Virus record (IMG/VR): IMGVR_UViG_3300000976_000010
Source of the DNA: a virus
Reading direction: 5' to 3' (one strand)
DNA length: 39,311 nt
A model generated the notes under the pieces. That model was not told where the DNA came from. It made no database searches and saw nothing but the letters and a program-made list of their open reading frames with translations. How positions within the stretch are numbered: the stretch's first letter is position 1; every line of letters begins with the position of its first letter. Of the stretch, positions 10,121 through 21,400 are shown piece by piece. The position numbers and the translations under genes are program-made.

Positions 10121-10327
10121 ATGACTCCTAATACTTTAAATATCGCCAAAGTTTCTAAAAGAGGTAATAAATTTGCTATTATTTCAGGAACCTCTATTTT
10201 AGGAAAGTTCAAAACTGTAGAAATGGCGCAATCGTCTCTTAAAGATAGAAGAGGGTTTTATGAATATTGGGCTGAATCCGTCTCGGCTGCCGTTGACAAC
10301 TCAAAAAATTACGTAATTATTGTGTAG
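10121..10327 (+). CDS. hypothetical early protein
   Basis: 68-aa ORF behind a promoter and an A-rich leader. Confidence 0.8.
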   Translation: MTPNTLNIAKVSKRGNKFAIISGTSILGKFKTVEMAQSSLKDRRGFYEYWAESVSAAVDNSKNYVIIV

Positions 10328-10390
10328 GGATGCGTCCCTTCCTATGAAACACTATTAACTTTATATATAAAATAAAAAATTATTTAAAAA

Positions 10391-10599
10391 ATGTCAACAA
10401 ATTACACAAATCAGAAGGCTCATTATTATTTAGCCAACTCTTTTCCAAAGAAGGGCAGGTTAAAAGTAATGAAGAAACAGTAGAAATGATTGAAAACGTA
10501 TTGATTGAGATCGTTAAAGACCAAAGGAAGGTTGGTGAAATGCAAATTCTAAATCAAATTGACTCAGAAGTCAAGAAATTAAGAGAAGACGAGCTTTAA
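10391..10599 (+). pseudogene. small gene split by a 1-nt deletion (or two tiny ORFs)
   Basis: MSTNYTNQKAHYYL then the -1 frame SQLFSKEGQVKSNEETVEMIENVL...EDEL*; 209 nt, one short of 70 codons. Confidence 0.5.
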
Positions 10600-10658
10600 T
10601 AAAATCTTCAGTTATATTATTAGTTTTATAAACACAGTTCTTAAACAGATAAATTATT

Positions 10659-10814
10659 ATGAAAAGTTCTATTTGGAAAATAAGTGACCAAGACGGAAAG
10701 GAATTAGGCTTATTAACCGTCCCCTCATTCCTTGATGTTATTGATGTGATACGACGCGCTGAAAACGTGTATGGTTGCAAAATATCAAGTGCTATTTATG
10801 TTGGTGATGTGTAA
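10659..10814 (+). CDS. hypothetical protein (51 aa)
   Basis: Read by hand: MKSSIWKISDQDGKELGLLTVPSFLDVIDVIRRAENVYGCKISSAIYVGDV. Confidence 0.65.
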   Translation: MKSSIWKISDQDGKELGLLTVPSFLDVIDVIRRAENVYGCKISSAIYVGDV

Positions 10815-10836
10815 TTAATAAAAAAGAGAAATAATT

Positions 10837-10998
10837 ATGAAAACAAGAGAAAGCGCGCTAATCAATTTGGCGTTAGATTATAAAAAGCAGTATCAGGAAT
10901 GCTGTTGGTGGAATTTTAAGAAGCGTTCCGATTTGTACAAAAAAAGGAAGGAAGTTTTAGCTATTCTTGAGCATAAGAGTATAGTAAATCATTGTTAG
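10837..10998 (+). CDS. hypothetical protein (53 aa)
   Basis: Read by hand: MKTRESALINLALDYKKQYQECCWWNFKKRSDLYKKRKEVLAILEHKSIVNHC. Confidence 0.65.
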   Translation: MKTRESALINLALDYKKQYQECCWWNFKKRSDLYKKRKEVLAILEHKSIVNHC

Positions 10999-11055
10999 AT
11001 AGAGGGGGAAGGTAATGTAGTATTCATTAAATTTATGCCTGTTTAATACAAAACC

Positions 11056-11310
11056 ATGAAAGAAACATTAGAACACCTAAACGACCTAGTAAACGCAGGA
11101 ACAACCGAAAACATAGAATTAGCCTCTATGCTCTGTGATAGTCAGGGGTTGGTATTTGAAGAACTTGAGAGTGTAGAGAAGTATGTTTCTATTATTAAGC
11201 AGTTGAGCAAATATCTTGATGGGTATGATGGTATTAAGGAGGGCTTGGTTAAGACCACGGATCTAACAGCAGTAGCTCGATTGTGGAACAGGGAAACTAC
11301 GATCTTTTGA
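11056..11310 (+). CDS. LRR-less paralogue of the N-terminal domain of the 838 LRR protein; frame stays open past the TGA to 11409
   Basis: LNDLVN...ENIELA.MLC.SQ...SV.KYV.II..L...LDGY..IKEGLV is shared with 838..1635. Confidence 0.85.
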   Translation: MKETLEHLNDLVNAGTTENIELASMLCDSQGLVFEELESVEKYVSIIKQLSKYLDGYDGIKEGLVKTTDLTAVARLWNRETTIF

Positions 11311-11573
11311 ATACGATATGATTATGAAAGAAATACTAGAACACCCATGTTGAAATTGAGTGCGGAGTTGACGAATTTGATTATGAATATGGGGTTTGTA
11401 CCGCAATAATCCAAGGACTTGAAAGTGATGAGGAGTATAATAAAAGGATTAGATCTTACGAAGCCCAACTAGAAAAAGAGTGAAAGTATGATTTAGAACT
11501 CTTAGCAAGGTTAAAGATGAAATACGAAGGCGACGATTCCCCAATTGAATAAGCTTAACATATTAATTAATAC

Positions 11574-12515
11574 CTATTTCCTGAATTGTTCGTAAAAAAC
11601 ATGTTTTCCAAGTAAATACAGTTCCTTTAATCTAGAGGGGTTAGTGTCATAAGTATTTGATAAAATTTTTGGTATAAAAATCTGTGACAGGCTAATTCCT
11701 CTATAATCACATTTAAATCGTTCTTCGAGTGCGTCATTCTTTCCGACGTTTTTTACAAGTGCTTCTATAATCCATATTATAGCCCCTATAACACCCCTAA
11801 CAGCCTTACCCTCAACTTTATTGCCTTTTCCAAATGGATATATTGAAACTAGCTCCTTTACCACCTCTCCGCGCGAATTAAATTTATCCAATAAAAGACA
11901 TGAGGGGTTTATATCAGTCACACCTCCATCGTAATATTCATTCCCTTCAAGTGTCATCGGCTGTGTCCAAACGGGAATCCTAGAACTAGCAGATGTTATA
12001 TCTAACCACTGTTGATAGGAAACAGACTTGTCTTTTATATTAAACAATTCAGGTTCCATATTACATACCTTCACAGCACATATAAATATTTCAGGGAGTT
12101 CTGAATTTTGATACCATAAAAACTCTTTCTCTGAGACGTAATTTTTTAGTAGTCCCTGTATATCTTGAATTCCGACCGACTTTATTTTATTTGGGAAAAT
12201 TAATGAAGCTATTGACCTAATTATGCCAATGACCGTTATTCCTCCCTTTTTGGTCATGGGCACAACTTTAAAAAAATTTTTGTGATCTATTTCCAATGTC
12301 ACCCTCTTGATGTCCTCCAATTTACCCAACACAAAAGGAAGTGCCACCACACTACCATAAGAAGTACAGACATAATGTGTTGCTTTGAAGTCAGATCTTT
12401 GCAACTCTTCCAAAACACCGCAAACTCCTGCACCTGCTGTTGAAGCACCACATATAGACAAAATATTCATTTCTTTTGTTGATGTGATTTTTTCGTCTCT
12501 ACTCATATCTCTCAC
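11574..12515 (-). CDS. Patatin-like phospholipase
   Basis: ILSICGASTAG (degenerate Gly-rich loop), CTSYG nucleophile elbow, ASSRIP, YYDGG catalytic Asp. Start uncertain (GTG 12515 or a downstream ATG). Confidence 0.85.
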   Translation of the reverse strand: MRDMSRDEKITSTKEMNILSICGASTAGAGVCGVLEELQRSDFKATHYVCTSYGSVVALPFVLGKLEDIKRVTLEIDHKNFFKVVPMTKKGGITVIGIIRSIASLIFPNKIKSVGIQDIQGLLKNYVSEKEFLWYQNSELPEIFICAVKVCNMEPELFNIKDKSVSYQQWLDITSASSRIPVWTQPMTLEGNEYYDGGVTDINPSCLLLDKFNSRGEVVKELVSIYPFGKGNKVEGKAVRGVIGAIIWIIEALVKNVGKNDALEERFKCDYRGISLSQIFIPKILSNTYDTNPSRLKELYLLGKHVFYEQFRK

Positions 12516-12543
12516 TTTTGCTTGGGTTTACTATTGTTCTGTA

Positions 12544-12572
12544 TATGTATCATTCGTTGTGAATAGTACATA
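12544..12572. promoter_or_regulatory. Back-to-back candidate late promoters (TACATA on each strand)
   Basis: Minus-strand TACATA at 12544-12549 faces the patatin; plus-strand TACATA at 12567-12572 faces the virion operon. Confidence 0.5.
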
Positions 12573-12587
12573 TTTTAAAATCGTAAG

Positions 12588-12857
12588 ATGGTTTTAGATA
12601 GAGACACACAAATACCAACATTAGTTTCACAAGGAAAAGTATTTTTAAGAGATGGTAGAAATGACATAGAAATAGAAGGGATAAATATTGTAAGCATCAA
12701 CCCTAACAATGAGGACGGTTCTGCTACATACACCACAAAAACACCTAAAAATGGTGTTTTTAAGGTTTTTGTTAAGGATGGCTTGGGGAATCCAATAGAG
12801 CCTGATGCCTCTTCTATGGATTACTGCATTCGCATAGCCACCTCGCTTGATGCTTAA
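12588..12857 (+). CDS. small putative virion protein
   Basis: First ORF of the structural cluster, beta-rich composition. Confidence 0.7.
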   Translation: MVLDRDTQIPTLVSQGKVFLRDGRNDIEIEGINIVSINPNNEDGSATYTTKTPKNGVFKVFVKDGLGNPIEPDASSMDYCIRIATSLDA

Positions 12858-12884
12858 TAATTTTAAAAAAAATATTTTTAATAT

Positions 12885-14219
12885 ATGTCACTTTTTAATT
12901 CAATAGGCTCAAGTTGGCTAGAGTATACCCCCACTAAAAGATTACTTAGAGTAGATGCTATTTCTTTTATAAATAAACAGGAACCAACACTTTCTATATC
13001 CCTATTGGACGGGAGTATACTAAGAATAAAAGAAGTTGATTGGGAAAATGAGTATGCCAATTTTAATGATTTGGTCAGCGATGTAAATACACTATTTAAT
13101 ATAGGCGTTGGTGGCGGTGGGACGTTTGATCCTTCTTTGTATTCTGTAACAGAGCTGAATGATGTAACAAATTCAGGCTCAGGTGCTATTATAACAACAA
13201 CAGAGAGGCAGCAAATAACCACCAATCAAAATACAATAAACGCGCTGTCTTCTAGCTACAACAGAAGACAAACTGTTATAAATTTATCCGACCCAACCTT
13301 ACCGCCTGTCACAGAAATAACAGGAGATAGATATATTCTAGACTTTGCATCGGGATTTATTGACAACAATTGGGATGGGGCTTCTAGGGGGGATATTGTT
13401 GAATATAATGGAATTTCATGGGACAAAACAAGCCCCGAAGAAGGGTGGATTGTATATGTAGACGCACTGAACAAGGACGCGCTTTATATAGATGATGGCG
13501 CGCCCAATTGGGAAATGAGGGAAGTTTCCATTACCAACCACAACGATCTTGGTGGGAAGCAGGGCGGTTCATTGGGTGAATACAACCACCTTACGAATGC
13601 ACAAATAGACAAACTCGTCAATATTTCGGATAATGCAAATAGATACATACACCCAAATCACACAGGAGATGTTACAAGTGATGGTGATGGGAATACAGCT
13701 ATAAGCGACGGTGTAGTAACAAACATCAAACAAGCGAATGTTCCTGCTAACACAATAAAGGGAAACAATACACTCCTTTCAGGCTCCCCCAATGATTTAA
13801 CAATTTCTCAAGTGAGGTCAATGCTATTCCCTGAAAGAATAGTTTTATCTAGGACGGAAGCTATAGACGAGAGTACTACGACCACTAAAGAATATTTCAC
13901 CTTTGTACAAAATGGTACTGAAATATCTAACATCGTTACTGTATTAGGGGGGAATTATGAAATGGAGATTTTTTTTATTTGTAGAAATACATCTAATAAT
14001 GGTAGTATAGTTGTAACACCCAACATAGGAGGTGTGAATGTATTTTCAGAATCTTATCGGTGGGAACCCAAAGACGGTGAAAATATAAACTATGTTACTA
14101 TAAAGAAAGACGTAGCACTGCTTTCAGGTAACAACACCATAAACTTGAATTTTTCTAACATTAATAATGGAATCTCTAGAATTTACGAGGCTAATATAAC
14201 ATTAACACAATTATTTTAA
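12885..14219 (+). CDS. Tail fibre-like virion protein with a DUF2793-like domain
   Basis: GDRYIL...WDG...IVEYNGISW...PEEGWIVYVD; fibre-type segment HTGDVTSDGDGNTAISDGVVTNIKQANVPANTIKGN. Confidence 0.7.
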   Translation: MSLFNSIGSSWLEYTPTKRLLRVDAISFINKQEPTLSISLLDGSILRIKEVDWENEYANFNDLVSDVNTLFNIGVGGGGTFDPSLYSVTELNDVTNSGSGAIITTTERQQITTNQNTINALSSSYNRRQTVINLSDPTLPPVTEITGDRYILDFASGFIDNNWDGASRGDIVEYNGISWDKTSPEEGWIVYVDALNKDALYIDDGAPNWEMREVSITNHNDLGGKQGGSLGEYNHLTNAQIDKLVNISDNANRYIHPNHTGDVTSDGDGNTAISDGVVTNIKQANVPANTIKGNNTLLSGSPNDLTISQVRSMLFPERIVLSRTEAIDESTTTTKEYFTFVQNGTEISNIVTVLGGNYEMEIFFICRNTSNNGSIVVTPNIGGVNVFSESYRWEPKDGENINYVTIKKDVALLSGNNTINLNFSNINNGISRIYEANITLTQLF

Positions 14220-14224
14220 AAAAA

Positions 14225-17023
14225 ATGGCAAATCAATTTCTATTGACGAACAACACGTCTAGCATAATAACAATAAAATCACTTGACAATTATGAATTGC
14301 TTGTGGGAGCTACAGATGTTGATATGTACGCCCAAAGTCAGGGGGATTTTTACTTATCGGATGCAATAGACAACGAAGAGTTGCAGAGCCTGATTGATTC
14401 GGAGGAAATTACAGCCAAGGATGAAAACGGGAATCTTATTAAAAGCACAGGTTCAATATTACCCGATAAGAATAATTTATACAATAGAATAGTAGTTGAT
14501 AAAAAAGGAGGGGATTACAATAGCCTATTCGCTGCAATATCAAACATATCAGATAGTTCCGTAAACAATAAATACAGCGTATTTATTGGTGGAGGTGTTT
14601 TTATAGAACCACCAATCATTGTTCCAACAGGCATTCAAATAGTTTCAACAGGTGCTACCACACTTGTCCCTAGTGACAATGACACACCATTCTTAACCTT
14701 TCCAAACGAACAGACAAGTGGTAGATTCGGTGGGGCTTATATCGTCTCTCCGAGCAATTCTGACGGAATTCTAATTCAAAACGAAACCACCTTTATAGAA
14801 AACGTTAACTTCGTGGGCGGAAATACGGGTGTTAGGGTTAATAGCAATGGTCGTGGGATAATTGCCACATGTCTAGCTACAGCTAATTTAGCGTTTGGCT
14901 TTGTTGCAGAGGACACAGGTCAGTGCGATTGCTCTAATATTATATCTAGTGCAGTTACGGGGTTTTATGCCGACGGAGGAAGCATGTGGATACAGAACTG
15001 TGCAACCAATAATGACACCAATTCACTTTACGCTAACAATAGTGGTTATATTAAGGCGTATAGTATAGCATGTGAGGACTCAACAAATACATTTAGAACA
15101 GGGTTGAATGGTTTAAATGTAATTGAAGGTGTTTCCGTCTCTTCTCTGAATGCTTCTAGTCATGATATTTGGCAAGAAAATGCAGACAGTAAAATACAGA
15201 TTGTCGGTGGTCAGTCTAGAATAACAAATTTGGAGGTAGTTAATTGGGATAATATATATCTTGAGTATAGCACTTCATCTGATACCGAGCGTTTTCATTT
15301 TAAAACAGTCGAAGAACATATTGGAGTCATAGAAAAAGGGGCTGAACTTTCTGTTGGTGAAGGGGACAGCACATCATTAAAACTGATGGTTTATACCGAA
15401 TCTTCTTTGGGGGTCTTCAATGACGTAACGTCACAGGCTGTAAGCGAAAACGGCTCCACGTTTACATTCTCCGATAACTCATTTAATAGTGCTTTGTACA
15501 TCTCCATCGACCGTTTGCAAGATGGTGATTATTATAAGTTTGGGGGGATAAAAATCAAATACACACAGCCTATGGTGGTTGGTGGTGGAGGCTATGTTAT
15601 GGAGTATTGGAATGGTTCATCTTGGGTGGAAATTAAATGTATGGCAACTAATGCAAATACTCCCTACGAATCATACGCAAACGAGTATTTAAAACACATA
15701 CCATCTCCATCTTATGAACATACATATTTTAATGCTAGGATACAAGAGTCTTGGATGAGCAATGACCCCACATCAACAGGAATAGACAGGTATTGGGTGA
15801 GGCTTCGGATAACAGATACAGTTTCTACACCAATAGTTATTGAACACATTAAAATACACACAAACCACACAGAAATAAACCCTGATGGTTGGAAGCAGAT
15901 GCAGGGTAAAGCTAGAGATGAAAGGAAGTTGGATTGGGGTCTAGCGGGTACACAGGCTTTTGGGGGAAACACACCATCAAATATTGATCTTTACTTAGGC
16001 GATCGGTTGGGGTTTGGTGCTAATGAAAATAGATTTCAAAACAATGCTCTTGATATAGTAGGATTTAGAACAACACTTCCATTGGATATAGATACATCTA
16101 CACCTATTCGTTTAATATTATACGCTATGACACCCGACAACCCAACGGGAACGTCTAACATAACCATAAGATATGGTTATGTTAATACAACATCATATTC
16201 AGACATATACACATCTACGGGTTCTTCACCAACAACCGCCAACAATGAGATTTCTATTTTTCAAGAAATACAATTTTCTGAATCAAATAAACTACAAGTA
16301 TTTGAATTTGATATTGATGTAAGCGACTTAAAGGCTAGGAATGTTGATAGTACACCTCCTGACATGCTAGTTCTTTCAATAGAAAGGGATGGCTCTGAAG
16401 ACTCATTTTCAGGCAATTTTATTTTAGTAGAGATTGAAGGGAGATATAGGGCTTGGTGTGATGGCGGGTTTCCGATACTTCTATCCAAAACTTCCGCACT
16501 TAATGAAACATGGGAAAGTGGTGACTTTTCTTCAAATTCATGGAACGTGTTGCCCTCATCTAGTCCTAATCGGTGGGTTGTGGGAACTTCCGATCCATGC
16601 AGTGGAGCTTATTCAGCATATATAACAAACAATGAATCCGCGACACCGCCACCAACAACATACACATCATCCAATAATACCTTTAACACAATGTATATTG
16701 ATGTTTTCATTCCTAACACGGCTAAAAGTCCTCGAATAGCGTTCGACTTCAAGGGGGAGGGGGAGTTGGGTTACGACTACATGAATGTATATGCCATGCC
16801 TACATCTGTCACACCAATCACGGACGAAGAAATTGATATTTCTTATAGAGTTGGTCAGGCAGAGTATAACAGCATAAGCACACATACTAATTTCTCAATA
16901 CCCATTTCACCGATATATATAGGTCAAACATTAAGAATCGCTTTTCAATTTAGATGCGACAACTCCGTTGAGGGTTCTACGGGGGCTAATGTTGATAATA
17001 TTGATGTTTGGTACTTATCATAA
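14225..17023 (+). CDS. Tail spike / receptor-binding-like protein: pectin-lyase-like beta-helix plus a C-terminal MAM/cleaved-adhesin-like beta-sandwich
   Basis: VVDKKGGDYNSLFAAI beta-helix cap and Asn/Gly-rich strands; C-terminal ETWESGDF...WVVGT...SAYITN...FDFKGEGELGYDY...RIAFQFRCDNS...VDNIDV. Confidence 0.7.
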   Translation: MANQFLLTNNTSSIITIKSLDNYELLVGATDVDMYAQSQGDFYLSDAIDNEELQSLIDSEEITAKDENGNLIKSTGSILPDKNNLYNRIVVDKKGGDYNSLFAAISNISDSSVNNKYSVFIGGGVFIEPPIIVPTGIQIVSTGATTLVPSDNDTPFLTFPNEQTSGRFGGAYIVSPSNSDGILIQNETTFIENVNFVGGNTGVRVNSNGRGIIATCLATANLAFGFVAEDTGQCDCSNIISSAVTGFYADGGSMWIQNCATNNDTNSLYANNSGYIKAYSIACEDSTNTFRTGLNGLNVIEGVSVSSLNASSHDIWQENADSKIQIVGGQSRITNLEVVNWDNIYLEYSTSSDTERFHFKTVEEHIGVIEKGAELSVGEGDSTSLKLMVYTESSLGVFNDVTSQAVSENGSTFTFSDNSFNSALYISIDRLQDGDYYKFGGIKIKYTQPMVVGGGGYVMEYWNGSSWVEIKCMATNANTPYESYANEYLKHIPSPSYEHTYFNARIQESWMSNDPTSTGIDRYWVRLRITDTVSTPIVIEHIKIHTNHTEINPDGWKQMQGKARDERKLDWGLAGTQAFGGNTPSNIDLYLGDRLGFGANENRFQNNALDIVGFRTTLPLDIDTSTPIRLILYAMTPDNPTGTSNITIRYGYVNTTSYSDIYTSTGSSPTTANNEISIFQEIQFSESNKLQVFEFDIDVSDLKARNVDSTPPDMLVLSIERDGSEDSFSGNFILVEIEGRYRAWCDGGFPILLSKTSALNETWESGDFSSNSWNVLPSSSPNRWVVGTSDPCSGAYSAYITNNESATPPPTTYTSSNNTFNTMYIDVFIPNTAKSPRIAFDFKGEGELGYDYMNVYAMPTSVTPITDEEIDISYRVGQAEYNSISTHTNFSIPISPIYIGQTLRIAFQFRCDNSVEGSTGANVDNIDVWYLS

Positions 17024-17035
17024 AAAATTAAAATA

Positions 17036-18385
17036 ATGTCTAAGGATAAAATACACATTTACAGCAGATTATACAACACAAAGTTAAATTATCCGAATAT
17101 TTATAGCTATGGATATAAAGGCGAAGCCTTGGATATTTGTGATCTTATACATCAAATTATAGGCATCTCTTGTATATCAGTTAACTATGTGGGTGATAAT
17201 TTAATAATTAGAATGAATAGTGCTTTAGATGTGGGGCAAAAGAGCCAATTGGATTTATTGGTTGCGCAATTTGTAGAAAAGGATAGCATAACACCAATCG
17301 AACAGCTACAAATTAATTGGAACAAAGACGATAGGGCGGTTTTAAACATGTTGGGCACTATTGAAAGTGATTTAAGAACTATTTATCTGTCCGCGCCATG
17401 GTCTAGCTTTTCCATAATAGAAAAGATGATTTTGTCATCATGGCACATACCAAGTCAAATTGAAAAGTTAGAAGTCTTTACACAAGAACAATTAGATAGT
17501 TTTAGATATTATAAAATATATCGCGGAACCTCTGAATCTATACGTTACGGATTAAATAAAGCAGACATATACAAAATTCCCAATAGTATTGATTTTAAAA
17601 AAGATTTGGGCGTGTCGTATCACAAAAAGAGAGATGATATGATAAAGGGGAGGCCAACCAAAAAAGAGTACTACTTTAATTATGACAATATTAATTTTGA
17701 GTATGGTGATATATTTGCAGAAATAGAATTTACATTTATTGACGATCCGTCATCTAAACTAATCTTACAAAAACAAGCGTTTATTTCATGGTATTGGAAT
17801 GATAATACAACTGACACGAATAATAAAAAGGACATAGGGGAATCTTTTCACCCTGTCTTAGACGGAAAATTGAGAATAGTAGAGGGGGAAACTAGGCGCG
17901 GGAATATATACACCAACATAAAATTTAATGTGGTTGGTATGGTTGGCATGACAGAGGTTGGTGGTGATTTTGTAAAGGCTGAAACGCTTATTAAGCCCGT
18001 TTTAGAATTACTTAAAGATGATTTTGAGACTTGGATTCAAACAGGTTCAACTCACCAATCGGATTTGATAGCGGCTATTTTAGCAATACCAACAGACAGT
18101 GTGTTTATAACAGGTAGCGCAGACCCAACAACATCCAATGTTTTAATTGGAGTTGGTACTTTATTCTCGACTGAGCTTTCTGTTGGGGATAGGATAAAGG
18201 TAAGTGGTGAGATTAGGACAGTCGTTTCAATAATTGACAATTTAAGCTTGACCGTAGACATTCCATTCTCTGACACAGGTAATGACACTAATATCGAAAA
18301 ATTGGAAAGTGGTTGGCTATTGAATGTAATAGCAGCACCATCAACAACAATAAGAGATTTTGTAATATCCGAACTCTTGATATAA
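17036..18385 (+). CDS. putative virion protein with a small beta-barrel module common in tail proteins
   Basis: GVGTLFSTELSVGDRIKVSGEIRTVVSIIDNLSLTVDIPF; operon context. Confidence 0.65.
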   Translation: MSKDKIHIYSRLYNTKLNYPNIYSYGYKGEALDICDLIHQIIGISCISVNYVGDNLIIRMNSALDVGQKSQLDLLVAQFVEKDSITPIEQLQINWNKDDRAVLNMLGTIESDLRTIYLSAPWSSFSIIEKMILSSWHIPSQIEKLEVFTQEQLDSFRYYKIYRGTSESIRYGLNKADIYKIPNSIDFKKDLGVSYHKKRDDMIKGRPTKKEYYFNYDNINFEYGDIFAEIEFTFIDDPSSKLILQKQAFISWYWNDNTTDTNNKKDIGESFHPVLDGKLRIVEGETRRGNIYTNIKFNVVGMVGMTEVGGDFVKAETLIKPVLELLKDDFETWIQTGSTHQSDLIAAILAIPTDSVFITGSADPTTSNVLIGVGTLFSTELSVGDRIKVSGEIRTVVSIIDNLSLTVDIPFSDTGNDTNIEKLESGWLLNVIAAPSTTIRDFVISELLI

Positions 18386-18435
18386 TTTTTGGATGGGGGT
18401 ATATGAGTTTTAAATGTACATAAACTAAAATAAAT

Positions 18436-21400
18436 ATGCTCCTTGCCAAAAATGATTTGCAGAATAAGGCTGTAAAAATATCTGATACTTCATACAATCA
18501 GATCAAGTATAATTTGGAAATGAGGCCAACATCGTATGATGTTAATAATGTAACCTCTTTCTCTTTAATGATTCCGAATTCTAGTGTAATATCTGACCTC
18601 TCGGTGGACATTGTATCAGAAGATAATGATTGTTGGAATATTATATATAGAAGCAGTACAACGGGTCAGGTGGAGATATATAACACTCTGTCATTTTCTA
18701 ACATAACTAAAAGAGTGGGTTCGATTTATTGTTCTATTCCATTTGGTGTTTGTTTTTGTCCAAAATACATCAATGAAAATCCTTTAATGGATGAATATTC
18801 AAAATCGGTTTTATTTATACAATACACCATAGATGGGACTTTATTTAGTGTTGAGTTGGATTTGTTTGGCAGAGTCATAGACTATGATACACACCTGCCT
18901 GAACAATTAGAAGTCTTTGGCTTAGAGGTTGATAATAGGATGTATGAGTCTTTTAAAGACACAGAGATAAACCAACCATACAAGGATAGGAAAATACTTA
19001 ACCAAAAACGAAGAGAGCTTTTAATCCGACAACACCAAATAAAATCTTTTCAAGGGACATACAAATCTCTGTTCAACGTGTTGGATTTTTTTGGTTATGG
19101 TGAGCTATTAGAAATAAGAGAGCTTTGGATCAACGCGGATAAATTCATATCAACCGAAGTCACAAATGAAGTATTAGATAGTATAGATAATAGGTTAGCG
19201 GGTTTCACAAAAACCAATAACCTTCAGTTGGTCTATCAAATTAATGCTCCTGACGGAACTGTAGATGATGATGGAATACCATATTATGTAAATGTTTTAA
19301 TAGACACATGTCTAGTCCTGTATAAACTTTTTTTAATAAGAGACATATTAGAAGAAGACTTCCTTCCCTTTAATATTAAAATTTCTGATGTTGTAGGAGA
19401 GTACACACAACCGATTAAGCTACAAACTAGCACTTGGAACAATCCGACATATTGCCAAACTATACAGGGGAGTGGTGCTAAGGATAATAGTTACATAAAA
19501 GTAGAGGATAGCAATTTGGTTATATCCAATAGATTCGTTTTAACAGAAGAGGGTGTATTTACGGATTACTTCCCAAATAATGATCCAAAAGATAGAACCG
19601 ATTTTGTTCTTGGGGTAAACACCTTCAAGCAATTGGTAGCCTACTTTTTGGAGGATGGGAGGCAGCGTGTTTTGGTTAGTGAGTGGCATTACACTTCAAA
19701 TATAGCATTCGATTTAAATGAAAGAATGGTGTTCACAGTTCAAAAAACTAGTGATGTGGATTGGTTATATCAATTAACATCAATTGATTTGAACACTAAT
19801 GAAGTCTTAAAGTCCGATTTATCCATATCCTTTGAACCTAACAACCTTTGTTTTCATAACGGATTGTTGTACACTATTAATAGTAGTTCATTATACACAA
19901 TAGACCCAAACAACGCAAGTGTTATAAATTTAGGAGCAATTAATTGGTCGGTCAATCCTGTTGGAGAGTTGGACTTGAGTATAGATTCTATAAACAGTGA
20001 CGTTTTTGTTTCGAGTGGAAGCACACTTTATTTTTTCAACCTTTCCGATTTAAATGACATAAAATCCATTGAAGTCGATGTTGATAATGTCACGGGCATC
20101 TCTGTTTTATATAATGTTATTAACACTCAGTCCGAAAGGTTGGTCTTTTCGGCTAATACAAAAGAGTATAACTCTTCTTTGTACGAGATGGACATAACTG
20201 ATATTTTAGGAGCATCTGATAGTGATTTTTTAAATACAAGAGCCACCAAATTCATTAATATGCCTGTTATCATTAAAGATTTGGCATCCTACGGATTTGA
20301 TAGATACAATGAACCTTTGGTGGTTGATAGAATTGAAACCATTGACAATTTTTATGCACTTGAGACGGGCACATCTAATGAATTATCACTACTAGATGAA
20401 AATTTAGGGAGGGGGGTTCTAGGTGTTAGCGTTCCGATACAAACAAACAGCTATATTGATGCTGATGGGGGATTTATATATTCAATAAATTCTTCACAAG
20501 AATTGGAAATATATGATTTAGAAACACAAACCATTCAAAGTGTCACACAGATAATAGGCTTACCAAATGAATCATTTAACAGCATTTCATTTTATCAGGG
20601 TCATTTATTTTTAGTAAGTGAATACATGTATCATATTAAAATTGGGGGGATTGAGGCTGAACGTTATGACACCAATTTAAATTTATTATACGGCTCAGAT
20701 TCAACTTTTTGTATTTGGATTGATTCCACACTTTCTAGGGTTTATATTGCTAATGGTACTAATGTATACATGCACGAATTCAACTATAATGAATTGAGTG
20801 TGTCTAGTGATTACGAACAATACAGCTCAACTGAAAATATATTATCTTTAACAGGGAAGCACAGTAATGGAGAATCTTTGTTATACTTTGTCTCTAATGA
20901 CGATTCGTTGTATAATTTTGAATTATCAACTGAAATAACTAGTTTACTTTATACTTATGCACAGCCTGTGTTCAGTCTTAATTTGTTTCAATTGGTTGAA
21001 TATAGACCAAAAAAGGCTTTTTGTTATGACGATACAGATTTTTTGTTTATAGAATCAGAAGTATTTGAAGATTTAGATGAACAGGGTTCGACCATACAGC
21101 CATACGAAGATTATAAAATGCTCAACAACTTCCACTCTCTTGATATTGCACTACTCAAAGTTGAGCTAGGATTTGAACCCGAAGAGTACACATCATTTGA
21201 TTTAAAAATATTCAATACTGTTGATTTAATTTCTGAAAATTTCAACATACTTCCTACTCCTATTTGGAATTCTGAAATAAGGCCAATTGGTAGCCTAAAA
21301 TCGGAAATTGTTTTGGGATTCTTTAAAATAGGAGATTATAGCGTAAGATTTACTTTACAAGATAAACATGGAGGTGTGACAGTGCTACAGGAAGATTGTA

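Noticed and set aside
11574-12515. CBASS (CapV-like) defence operon
   Set aside because: No CD-NTase or Cap2/Cap3-like neighbours; the flanking genes are virion-like or small hypotheticals.
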